Positions 55,336 to 64,000 of a DNA stretch of 64,000 nt are shown in pieces. The first letter of the stretch is position 1. Each line of letters starts with the position of its first letter. The DNA comes from Vulcanimicrobiota bacterium (lineage in GTDB: Bacteria; Vulcanimicrobiota; Vulcanimicrobiia; Vulcanimicrobiales; Vulcanimicrobiaceae). Both the position numbers and the translations under genes were made by a program. The stretch spans positions 320,001 to 384,000 of the forward strand of contig CAWGBN010000006.1 in the NCBI GenBank assembly GCA_963820825.1. The letters are read 5' to 3'. The notes under the pieces were generated by a model, which worked only from the letters and a program-made list of their open reading frames with translations, ran no database searches and had not been told where the DNA came from.

Positions 55336-56077
55336 CCGCGTTCGCATCGGTCGTTGCGACCAGCTCGTCGAGCGGCATCCCCAGCACCTCACTCAGTCTT
55401 GCAGCCGTATGCGTGACGAATGCCGGCTCGTTGCGTTTACCGCGCATCGGTACCGGCGCGAGATAGGGGCAGTCGGTCTCGAGCACGAGATGCTCTGCGC
55501 CCACCGCGGCGACCGCTTCGCGGAGCGCGTGCGCGTTGGGAAAGGTGAGTACGCCGCCGATTCCGAGAACGAGGCCGAACTCGTCGACGAAGGCGCGCGC
55601 CTCCTTTGACGTTCCGGTAAAGCAATGCACGACGCCGCGCATCCCCGCCGCCCATTCGTCGCGTAGGATTGCGCAGAAGTCGTCGACCGCGTCGCGCTGG
55701 TGGAAGACGACCGGCAAGCCGGTCTCGCGCGCCAGGCGAATCTGCGCGCGCAACACCTCGGCCTGGCGGTCGCGCGGGCTATGGTCGTAGTAGTAGTCGA
55801 GCCCGGTCTCGCCGATCGCGACGACGCCCGGAAGCTCGAGCAATTCGCGTAGGCCGCCGGCGATGTCGAGTGGCGCGTTCTTCGCTTCGTGCGGGTGGAT
55901 GCCGACCGCGGCGGCGAGTCCGTAGCGTTGGGCAACCGCGATCGCCTCGCGGCTATCTTCGATATTTTCGCCGATCGTGACCATCGCCGAAATGCCGGCC
56001 TCGCGCGCGCGGGCGATCACCTCGTCGCGATCGGCGTCGAACTTTCGATCGTGAACGTGAGAGTGCGTGTCGATCAC
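55316..56077 (-). CDS. tatD: TatD-family hydrolase
   Basis: IDTHSH, GIHPH, IGETGLDY, HCF, ETDCPYLAP, NEP. Confidence 0.93.
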   Translation of the reverse strand: MIDTHSHVHDRKFDADRDEVIARAREAGISAMVTIGENIEDSREAIAVAQRYGLAAAVGIHPHEAKNAPLDIAGGLRELLELPGVVAIGETGLDYYYDHSPRDRQAEVLRAQIRLARETGLPVVFHQRDAVDDFCAILRDEWAAGMRGVVHCFTGTSKEARAFVDEFGLVLGIGGVLTFPNAHALREAVAAVGAEHLVLETDCPYLAPVPMRGKRNEPAFVTHTAARLSEVLGMPLDELVATTDANAATLLRI

Positions 56078-57600
56078 GGCGCGGAGAGGTCGAGTTCGAT
56101 CTTGGGAAAGAGTGGCGCGGCGAGTTCCGTTTGGGTGATCGGCGGAAGTCCTCCCCAGACGCGCAGCGACGACGACCAATCCTCATCGATGCGGCCTGGC
56201 GCGCCGAGCTGCTGCCACATCTCGCTCATCCGTTCCGGCATCACCGGATGGAGCAGAATCGCCAGCCAGCGCAGACCCTCGCAGAGATCGTAGAGCACCG
56301 CGTCGAGTTCGTCGCTCCGCCCGGCTTTGTGGAGTTCCCACGGCCTGCGTTCGTCGATCGTCTGATTGAGCGCGGTGACGAGTTCCCAAATTGCTTCGAG
56401 CGCATCGCGAAAGCGCAGATCGAGGATGCGCTCGCGCGCGACGACGGGAAGGGGCGCGAAGCGGCGCGCAAGCTCGCTTTCGGCGTTGCGTCCGTCGGGG
56501 ACGATGCCGTCGCGGTACCGCTTGAGCATCGAAAGGGTGCGCTGCAAGAGATTGCCGAGATCGTTGGCGAGATCGCTGTTGCGGCGCTGCGCGATCTTCT
56601 CTTCCGAGTACGAGAAGTCGCTCCCGAACGGCGCCTCACGCAAGAGGAAGTAGCGAACGGCGTCGGGGCCGTAGCTCTGCGCGAGTGCGAATGCGTCGGT
56701 CGCGTTGCCGAGGCTCTTGCCCATCTTCTGCCCATCGACCGTGATCCAGCCGTGTGCGAAGACCAGCTCCGGCGGTTCCTCGCCGAGTGCCCAGAGAATT
56801 GCAGGCCAGATGATCGTGTGAAAGCGCGCGATCTCCTTGCCGACGAGCTGCGTCTGCGCCGGCCAGTACTTGCGGAATCGCGCTTCGTCCTCGCTCCACC
56901 CGATCGCGGTGATGTAGTTGAGCAGGGCGTCGAGCCAAACGTAGATGACGCCGCCGCCCGGAATCGGTATACCCCAATCGAAGCTCGTGCGCGAGACGGA
57001 GAGATCCTCGAGGCCCTCGCGCAGGATCGACATCATCTCATTGTAGACGCTCCGCGGCTGCACCCATTGCGGCCGGCGTTCGAAGTGTTCGATCAGCCGG
57101 TCGCGGTAGGCCGAGAGGCGGAAGAACCAATCCTCTTCGGATATCCATTGCACTTCGCGCCCGCAGGTGGGGCAGCGGCCGTCGACAAGCTTCGATTCGA
57201 GCCAAAACGTCTCGTCGCTGACGCAGTACCAGCCTTCGTACTTGCCGAGATAGACGTCGCCGCGCTCGCGCAGCCGCTCGAAGACCCGCTGCACCTTCTC
57301 CACGTGGCGCGGTTCCGTCGTACGAATGAAATCGTCGTACGCCACGTGATACGCGGCAAAGAGCGACTTCCAGCGGGGGACCAGCTCGTCGCACCACTCT
57401 TGCGGCGTCTTGCCGGCAGCGGCGGCGGCGTTGGCGACTTTTTGACCGTGCTCGTCGGTTCCGGTTAGAAAGAAGGTTGGACGAAACGTGCGCGCGGTGC
57501 GCGCGAGCACGTCGGCGACGATCGTCGTATAGGCGTGGCCGATATGCGGATTGCCGCTAATATAGTAGATCGGCGTCGTGACGTAATAGGCGCGCTCCAT
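56074..57600 (-). CDS. metG: Methionyl-tRNA synthetase
   Basis: TTPIYY, HIGH, GTDEHG, YVWLDAL, KMGKS. Confidence 0.96.
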   Translation of the reverse strand: MERAYYVTTPIYYISGNPHIGHAYTTIVADVLARTARTFRPTFFLTGTDEHGQKVANAAAAAGKTPQEWCDELVPRWKSLFAAYHVAYDDFIRTTEPRHVEKVQRVFERLRERGDVYLGKYEGWYCVSDETFWLESKLVDGRCPTCGREVQWISEEDWFFRLSAYRDRLIEHFERRPQWVQPRSVYNEMMSILREGLEDLSVSRTSFDWGIPIPGGGVIYVWLDALLNYITAIGWSEDEARFRKYWPAQTQLVGKEIARFHTIIWPAILWALGEEPPELVFAHGWITVDGQKMGKSLGNATDAFALAQSYGPDAVRYFLLREAPFGSDFSYSEEKIAQRRNSDLANDLGNLLQRTLSMLKRYRDGIVPDGRNAESELARRFAPLPVVARERILDLRFRDALEAIWELVTALNQTIDERRPWELHKAGRSDELDAVLYDLCEGLRWLAILLHPVMPERMSEMWQQLGAPGRIDEDWSSSLRVWGGLPPITQTELAAPLFPKIELDLSAP

Positions 57601-57605
57601 TTGAT

Positions 57606-58457
57606 CTACCGTTCTTTAATCGAGGTTTTCCGGCGCGCCTTCCGTGCCGTCGCGCGGGCGTAGAGCTCGTTGCGTTCGCCCAGCCCACGCGCGGCGAGCA
57701 GTTTTGCAATCTCACCGACCCGGCGCCCCTCCTCCAGCATCGTATCGATCGCATCGGTCGTCGCCGCGGCCGGGGTCGCCGGCTCGGCTACGACCGCATA
57801 GGGTGCGACCGCAAATGAGACCTCGCCGCGCACGGGCTCGGCGAGCCGGTCGATCACCTGCTGCGGCGTTCCCGACAACTGCTGCTCGTGGCGCTTCGTG
57901 TACTCGCGGACGAGGAAGAGCTGCGAATCGGGCGCGACGGCGGCGAGATCGGCGAGCGTCGCGCGGATGCGCTGCGGCGATTCGTACCAGATCGTGGTCG
58001 TCTCGGCGCGCAGCGCGCGAGCGAAGCATTCGCGCCGCGCCGGCCGCGTTCGCGGTGGAAAGCCTTCGAACGTAAATCGCCGCAGCGGAAACCCGGAAAG
58101 CAGCGCGACCCCAGTTGCCGCGCTCGGTCCGGGGAGAACCTCGACGGCGACGCCCTCGGCGCGGGCGGCGGCGATCAGCTCGCTTCCGGGATCGGAGATG
58201 CCGGGCATGCCGGCATCGCACGTTACCGCCACCAGCCCATCGCGGGCTCGCGCCAGGATCGCCGGCGTCGCCCGGCGGGCGTTCGATTCGCGATAGCTCC
58301 AGATCTCGCGCCCGGCGATGCCGAGCCCGCCGAGCAACTTTCGCGCGACCCGCGTATCTTCGGCGACGATCAGCTCGGCGTCGCGAAGCGCATCCAAGGC
58401 GCGCAGCGTTACGTCGCGCAGGTTGCCCAGCGGCGTCGCTACGAAGACCAGCGGCAT
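57606..58457 (-). CDS. rsmI: 16S rRNA C1402 2'-O-methyltransferase
   Basis: VATPLGNL.D, EDTR, DAGMPGISDPG, FEGF, YESP.R, RE.TK.HE. Confidence 0.94.
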   Translation of the reverse strand: MPLVFVATPLGNLRDVTLRALDALRDAELIVAEDTRVARKLLGGLGIAGREIWSYRESNARRATPAILARARDGLVAVTCDAGMPGISDPGSELIAAARAEGVAVEVLPGPSAATGVALLSGFPLRRFTFEGFPPRTRPARRECFARALRAETTTIWYESPQRIRATLADLAAVAPDSQLFLVREYTKRHEQQLSGTPQQVIDRLAEPVRGEVSFAVAPYAVVAEPATPAAATTDAIDTMLEEGRRVGEIAKLLAARGLGERNELYARATARKARRKTSIKER

Positions 58458-58728
58458 GGCACGCAGCTTCGACGTCGAGCACATACCTCCGGGGGCAAAG
58501 CTCGAGCTTTTCATCTCACCGAGCTGTCCGTACTGCCGGCGCGCGATGGCGTACTACGACGCCAAAGGCACCGCATATACGCAATACGACGCGCAGAACG
58601 ATCGCGGCGCGCGCGAGCGAATGTTCGCCTTTAGCGGCGGCGACCCGACGGTCCCGGCAATAATCGTCGACGGCGTCTACGTTCAATCGGGATGGGGTTC
58701 GCCGCCGCAGGGTTGAACGGTTCACTAA
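58456..58728 (+). CDS. Glutaredoxin-like protein with probable C-terminal selenocysteine (ends at 58716 if UGA is a stop)
   Basis: CPYC, TVP, DG; GWGSPPQG-TGA-T-V-H-TAA followed by a SECIS-like hairpin. Confidence 0.8.
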
Positions 58729-58754
58729 CGTGCCGGTCGGCGCGACGGAGTGAA
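58721..58754 (+). promoter_or_regulatory. Candidate SECIS hairpin (glutaredoxin)
   Basis: TTCACT/AGTGAA lower stem, CGTGCC/GGCGCG upper stem, GGTC loop beginning 18 nt after the UGA. Confidence 0.7.
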
Positions 58755-58763
58755 TACCACCGC

Positions 58764-58792
58764 AAGCAGCGAAGAGGCTCCTCGTTGCTTTT
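58764..58792 (+). terminator. Possible weak intrinsic terminator
   Basis: AAGCAGCGA/TCGTTGCTT stem with a short T run. Confidence 0.3.
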
Positions 58793-58809
58793 CAAGCGGA
58801 GGTTCGAGA

Positions 58810-59115
58810 ATGGATCGTAGTTCGGCTGCCGCGGCGAGCGCTATCGCCGCGTTCGCCTTCGTTTACATCATCGTGATTTGCGCGCTCGTTGCGTTCACGA
58901 TTTGGGTCTATTGGCGAATCTTCGCCAAAGCGGGTTACAACGGTGCGCTCTCGCTGCTCAACTTCATACCGGGAGTCGGTCCGCTGATCTGCGTGATCAT
59001 CTTGGCGTTCGGGCGCTGGCCGATCGAAGACCAGCTCGCCGCGCTGCAAGGCGGGGCGGTGCCGCCGCCCGCGCCGCCGGCGGCTCCCCCGGGCACCTCC
59101 GTTATGACCACGTAG
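58810..59115 (+). CDS. Small membrane protein
   Basis: WRIFAKAG, IPGVG, AFGRWP; Pro-rich tail. Confidence 0.75.
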   Translation: MDRSSAAAASAIAAFAFVYIIVICALVAFTIWVYWRIFAKAGYNGALSLLNFIPGVGPLICVIILAFGRWPIEDQLAALQGGAVPPPAPPAAPPGTSVMTT

Positions 59116-59118
59116 GAG

Positions 59119-60562
59119 TCAGCGCTTCCAGACTTCGGCGATCCACGCTTCGACGTCGCCGGTCTGCGACGGCAGGCTCGCGGAGAGATTCTCCGGGCCC
59201 GCTTTCGTAACGGCGATGTCGTCTTCGATGCGCACGCCGATGCCGCGGAATGCCTCGGGTACGGTCCCGTCGTCGGGCTGGAAGTAGCAACCCGGCTCGA
59301 CGGTTAGCACCATCCCTTCGCGCAGCTTTGCCGTAACGGTACTCTTGCGTGCGCGCCCGCGCGCAATCGTGCACGTCGAGCCCGAGCATGTGGCTGACGC
59401 CGTGAAGCGTGTAGCGGCGATGGAGCAGCCGGTCCGGGTCGATCGCTTCCTCGAGCGACGTCTTGAGAATACCCAACCCGATCAGCCCTTCGGCGAGCAC
59501 GCGCGTCGCGCGCCGGTGCGGTTCGAGGAAGTCGTTGCCGACGACGGCCGCTTCGATCCCGGCCTGCTGCGCCTCCCAGACCAGCTCGTAGATCGTGCGC
59601 TGTTCGGGAGAGAAGCGACCCGAGACCGGCAGTGTTCGCGTGATGTCCGCGGTGTAGAGCGAGTCGCACTCGACGCCTGCATCGAGCAGCAGGAGCTCGC
59701 CTTGGCGTAACGCGCCGTCGTTATGCGTCCAGTGCAGCGTGCAGGCGTGTTCGCCCGCGGCCGCGATGGTGAGATAGCCGACGTCGTTGGCTTCGATGCG
59801 AGCGCGTCCCCAGAAGGCCGCCTCGATTTCGCGTTCGCTCTTGCCGGTGCGCATCGCGCGGATCGCGTCTTCGAAGGCGCGCTTCGAGATCGCGCACGCT
59901 TTGCGAAGCTCGTCGAGCTCGTAGTCGTCTTTGATCAGCCGCATCTCCGAGAGATGCTCGGCGAGCTCGGCGTCGCCGTCGCCCTCCTCAAAACGGCGAT
60001 CGACGTCGTCGTCGTGACTGCGCAACACGCGGACCGGATACTTCGCGTCGCGCAGCTCCTGCAGATACTCCGGAATCGCTTGGATTGCGCGGCAATCGTC
60101 GATACCGTAATAATCGCGGCTCTCCTCGACGCCGCGGTGCCGGCCAACCCATAACTCGCCGTAGACGCGGTCGGTAAAGAACTCGGACGTTCCGCGATTA
60201 TGCGCCGCAACGAAGAGCACGGGGCGATGACCCGCACCCTGCGGCTCGAGCACCAGCACCGAGGCCGGCTCGCCGTTGCCGGCGAGATACGCAAAATCGC
60301 TCGACGCACGAAAACGGAAGGACGTGTCGTTGGCGCGCACCCGCTCGCGGCCGGCCGGGATGACCAGATACGTTCCGGGATAGGCCCTGCTCAGCGCATC
60401 TCGCCGCTGCGCGAACCGCTCGGCTTCCGGATGCGCCCTTCGGGCAGCGGGGCGATCGATCCAGTCGCGCGCCATGAACTCGACGAGCGGCCGCGGCGGC
60501 ACGAAGTCGTAGCTGGTCCTCGACGGGTCCTGCGGTATGGGGGCGTTTCGTTCGGCAGACAT
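59119..60562 (-). CDS. pepP: Xaa-Pro aminopeptidase (frameshift at about 59328, probable sequencing error)
   Basis: TLHW, LDAG, ADITRT, HMLGLDVHD; then TVEPG and GVRIEDD in the +1 frame. Confidence 0.9.
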
Positions 60563-60597
60563 GGTTTGCGCAAGATTCGCTGAAGCGACGACGGGTC

Positions 60598-60969
60598 ATG
60601 CCGGAGAACCCGCTTCGCGCCACCGACACGCTTGCCAACGAACGCACCTACCTGGCGTATATCCGGACGGCCCTTGCTTTTATCGCCTTCGGTTTCGTCA
60701 TCGCGCGTTTCTCGCTCTTTGCCCGCGAGTTTTCGATTTTGATCCACAGCGCCAATCCCGAGCCGGGGCTTTCGGTGACGTTCGGAACGGCGATGGCCCT
60801 ATTCGGCATCATCGTGGCGCTGCTCGGGGCATGGCGCTACGCGCGCACCGACCGCGGACTGCGCGAAGGTCGAATCGTGACGCTGCCGGGGCTAACCGGC
60901 TACATCATCTCGCTCTTCGTCGTTGCGATCGGCGCCGTCGTCGCATTCGCACTCATCTCGTATCGCTGA
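60598..60969 (+). CDS. DUF202 (YidH-like) membrane protein
   Basis: LANERTYLAYIRTAL. Confidence 0.9.
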   Translation: MPENPLRATDTLANERTYLAYIRTALAFIAFGFVIARFSLFAREFSILIHSANPEPGLSVTFGTAMALFGIIVALLGAWRYARTDRGLREGRIVTLPGLTGYIISLFVVAIGAVVAFALISYR

Positions 60970-60974
60970 CGCCG

Positions 60975-61116
60975 TGACGCCCGCGTGACCTAAAGCCTCA
61001 GAGACGCTCGTCGCTCCGCCTCCGGCTCCGCTCCTGCTGCACTGCCTCCTCGCTTCGCCCTCCATGGCTTCGCTCGTCGGTCAGAGCCTCTTCGTCGTTA
61101 GGTCATGCGGCCGTCA
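60975..61116. repeat. 142-bp element bounded by 19-bp imperfect inverted repeats (MITE- or REP-like)
   Basis: TGACGCCCGCGTGACCTAA (60975-60993) vs TTAGGTCATGCGGCCGTCA (61098-61116), 17/19 complementary. Confidence 0.6.
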
Positions 61117-61995
61117 GTCTGCAAGCATCTCTAGACTGAAATCGAGCGCCGGAGCGCTGTGCGTGAGCCAGCCGACGCTGATGACGTCGACGCCGGTGCG
61201 CGCGATCTCCACGACGTTGGCTTGCGTCACGCCGCCGCTCGCTTCGATGACCACGCGTTTGTCGACGATACGGACCGCTTCGGCGAGTTGTGCCGGCGTC
61301 ATGTTGTCGAGCAGGACGGCGTCGATCGGCGCGGCGAGCGCTTCGCGCAGCTGATCGAGGTTATCGACTTCGATTTCGATCTTGATCGTGTGGCCGACTC
61401 GCGCTCGCGTGCCGTCGATCGCGGCGCGGGCGGAGCCCGCGATGACGAGGTGGTTGTCTTTGATGAGCACCGCATCGTCGAGGCCGAAGCGGTGATTGCT
61501 TCCGCCGCCGCAGGCGACCGCATAGCGCTCGAGCGCGCGCAACCCGGGCGTCGTCTTGCGTGTGTCGGCGATCTTGGCGTGCGTTCCGGCGACGAGGTCG
61601 ACCAGCGTGCGCGTTGCCGTTGCGATGCCCGAGAGACGGCAGAGCAGATTGAGCGCGGTCCGTTCGCCGGTGAGAATCGCGCGAGCGCGCGCTTCGATTT
61701 CGGCGACCACGCTGCCGGGCTCGACACGTTCGCCTTCGCCGACGCGCGTTTCGACCGATGTTTCGGGGTCGAGCATTCGAAAGGCGATCAGCGCGAATGG
61801 TAATCCCGCGACGATTCCGCTTTGGCGTGCGACGATGCGGGCCGTCGCTTGTCGTTGCGGGTCGACGATCGCGTCGGTCGTGAGATCGCCGCCGTGGCCG
61901 ATGTCTTCGAGCAGTGCCGCTCGAACGACCGACTCGGCGACGAGCTCAGGCGACGCTGCGTAACCGCGTGAAGGAACGCTTCGCGAAGGCTTCAT
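61114..61995 (-). CDS. nadC: Nicotinate-nucleotide diphosphorylase
   Basis: EDIG.GDLT, ERTALN, DTRKTTPG, NHRFGL, KDNH, LLDN, EASGG, LTHS. Confidence 0.95.
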   Translation of the reverse strand: MKPSRSVPSRGYAASPELVAESVVRAALLEDIGHGGDLTTDAIVDPQRQATARIVARQSGIVAGLPFALIAFRMLDPETSVETRVGEGERVEPGSVVAEIEARARAILTGERTALNLLCRLSGIATATRTLVDLVAGTHAKIADTRKTTPGLRALERYAVACGGGSNHRFGLDDAVLIKDNHLVIAGSARAAIDGTRARVGHTIKIEIEVDNLDQLREALAAPIDAVLLDNMTPAQLAEAVRIVDKRVVIEASGGVTQANVVEIARTGVDVISVGWLTHSAPALDFSLEMLAD

Positions 61996-63483
61996 CGCTC
62001 TGCGGATAATCGGTACGGAAGTGGCTGCCGCGGCTCTCGCGGCGCGCGAGCGCGGCGTCGGTAATCAAGCGGCCGACGACGAGCAGGTTGCGCAGGCCGG
62101 GATGCTCGCCGAACTCGGCGATGAGGCCTTCGATTCGCGCAAGCGCTTCGAGCAACGACGCTTCGTTGCGAACCAGACCGACGTTGGAGTACATGACATT
62201 GCGCACGTCGCTGAGCGCTTGGGCCGCGGTGGTGCTTGTGCGGTGCGCGCGGGGAAGCGCCGGCACGTTCATCGAGCCCTCGACGTCGCTCACGGGCGGC
62301 GCGTTGGCAATGTCGCTGGCGACGCGCGAACCGTAGACGAGCGCTTCGAGTAGGGAGTTGCTGGCGAGCCGGTTCGCACCGTGTACGCCGGTTGCGCTCG
62401 TCTCGCCGCAGGCCCAGAGCCGTTCGAGCGTCGTCCGTCCCCACTCGTCGACGGCGATTCCGCCCATGAGGTAATGCGCGGCGGGAGCGACGGGAATGTT
62501 CTGCACGCGCGGATCGATGCCGGCCGCCATGCAGAATCCAAAGACGGTCGGAAAGGCTGCGGGAAACGTCGCGCCGATCGCCGTTCGCGCATCGAGGCCG
62601 ACGCTGCGGCCGCGCTGGAGTTGCTCGAAGATCGCGCGCGCGACGACGTCGCGCGGCGCAAGCTCGGCGTCGGGATGAAGCGCGAGCATGAAGCGCTCGC
62701 CGAGATCGTTGACCAGCGTCGCGCCCTCACCGCGCACGGCCTCGGTGACCAACGGCATCGGGTCGCGTCCGATCGCCAGCGCCGTCGGATGAAACTGCAC
62801 GAACTCCATGTCGGCGAGCAGCGCGCCGGCGCGCGCGGCCATCGCGATGCCGTCGCCGGTCGCCTCCATCGGATTGGTCGTGTAACGGTAGAGCCGCCCG
62901 ATGCCGCCGGTCGCGAGCACGACGGCGCCGGCGCGGAATGCGACGATCGCATTGCTCGCGTTGCCGCGAGCGTAGACGCCGCCGACGCGCTCGCCGTCGA
63001 CGATCAGATCGGTCGCGGTCACCTCTTCGACGATCTCGATCGACGGGTGCACGCGCACCGCTTCGATCAGCGTTTTGAGAATTTCGTGCCCGGTCGCGTC
63101 GCCGCCGGCTTTGACGATGCGGCGGCGCTGGTGCGCCGCCTCGCGTCCCAGCGCGAGTTCGCCGGCCTCGGTGCGGTCGAACGCGCGCACCGAGCTCGAG
63201 CAGCTCTTCGACGCGCGCCGGAGCGTCGCGGGTGAGAATTTCGCACGATCTTGCGATCGCTGATGCCCGCGCCCGCGCGCTGGGTATCGATTGCGTGCAA
63301 TCGCGGCGAATCGTCCTTGCCGATTGCCGCGGCGATGCCGCCCTGGGCCCAATCGGTTGCCGCGCCCTTGCCCAGCCGCGTCTTGCAGAGCACCGTCACC
63401 TTCGCGGGTGCGAGTTTGAGCGCCGCGATCAATCCGGCGATGCCGGCGCCGACGACGATCGCGTCGCTGCGGTGGGTCTCCAT
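61946..63483 (-). CDS. nadB: L-aspartate oxidase (two +1 frameshifts at about 63243 and 63183, probable sequencing errors)
   Basis: VGAGIAG and WAQGGIAA in one frame; EAAH, LATGG, QFHPT, EAVRGEG and HGANRLASNSLLE in another. Confidence 0.9.
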
Positions 63484-63491
63484 CGATTGCG

Positions 63492-64000
63492 TCAGTCTCG
63501 TGCCGAGCGGCTGTATTCGAGCATGCGATCGACGGCGCGACGCGCGCGAGCGGCAATCTCCGGCGCGACGGTTACCTCGTACTCCATCGCTTCGAGGCAG
63601 TGGAGCACCTTGGGCAGCGTGTTGCGCTTCATGTGCGGACAGAGATTGCAGGGCCGGACGAACTCGACGTTCGGATATCGCCCCGAGACGTTGTCGGCCA
63701 TCGAACATTCGGTCATCAGCAGAACGCGCGCCCGCGGCTTTCCGGAGACGGTACCGACGTACTCGGTCATGCCTTGCGTCGAGCCGACGTAATCGGCTTC
63801 GGCAAGCACGTCGGGCGGACACTCCGGATGCGCGAGCACCACCAGCGACGGATCGCCTTCGCGGAAGCGGCGCACGTCGTTGCCGGTAAAGCGCTCGTGC
63901 ACTTCGCAGTGACCCTTCCAGGCGATGATCTCGACGTTCGTCTTCGAGGCGACGTATTTCGCCAGGTATTCGTCGGGCAAGAAGATGACCCGCGGCGCGC
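63492..64000 (-). CDS. nadA: Quinolinate synthase (5' truncated)
   Basis: FLPDEYL, GHCEVH, AHPEC, GST, TECSM, CPHMK. Confidence 0.93.
   Translation of the reverse strand, partial: APRVIFLPDEYLAKYVASKTNVEIIAWKGHCEVHERFTGNDVRRFREGDPSLVVLAHPECPPDVLAEADYVGSTQGMTEYVGTVSGKPRARVLLMTECSMADNVSGRYPNVEFVRPCNLCPHMKRNTLPKVLHCLEAMEYEVTVAPEIAARARRAVDRMLEYSRSARD

Noticed and set aside
1..64000. CRISPR arrays, tRNA/rRNA genes, integrases, transposases, prophage genes
   Set aside because: None recognised by eye; intergenic gaps are short and show no regularly spaced repeats

Overview
High-GC bacterial chromosome segment that is almost fully coding and dominated by respiratory and cofactor genes. Gene content and style suggest a diderm soil bacterium, possibly Eremiobacterota/Vulcanimicrobiota (an inference, not tested). 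Main blocks in order: (1) mqn-type ubiA/ubiD genes. (2) A tightly coupled minus-strand operon of three type-1-copper cupredoxin lipoproteins (one fused to an SCO chaperone), a Cyc2-like monoheme cytochrome-porin and a two-component system. This is the best candidate for an undescribed system, possibly for outer-membrane electron uptake or metal oxidation. (3) pnp, split transketolase, rpsO, PolX and hydrolases. (4) A split NAD-linked formate dehydrogenase operon whose catalytic subunit has an in-frame UGA (selenocysteine) with a SECIS hairpin. (5) ilvE, arginase, TonB-like and MT-A70 genes. (6) A tetrapyrrole operon (sirC-hemC fusion, hemB, mobA, hemL, rex, hemA, cobA-hemD). (7) menG-hepT-tatA-tatC-resB-ccsA-Rieske-cytochrome b/c fusion. 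(8) tatD, metG, rsmI, a glutaredoxin with a probable hidden C-terminal selenocysteine, pepP and nadABC. Five single-base insertions break ilvE, hemB, pepP and nadB (two) and are most likely sequencing errors. No rRNA, tRNA, CRISPR array or transposase was recognised. Two families of short palindromic repeat elements are present. All calls come from motif recognition by eye; no searches were run.
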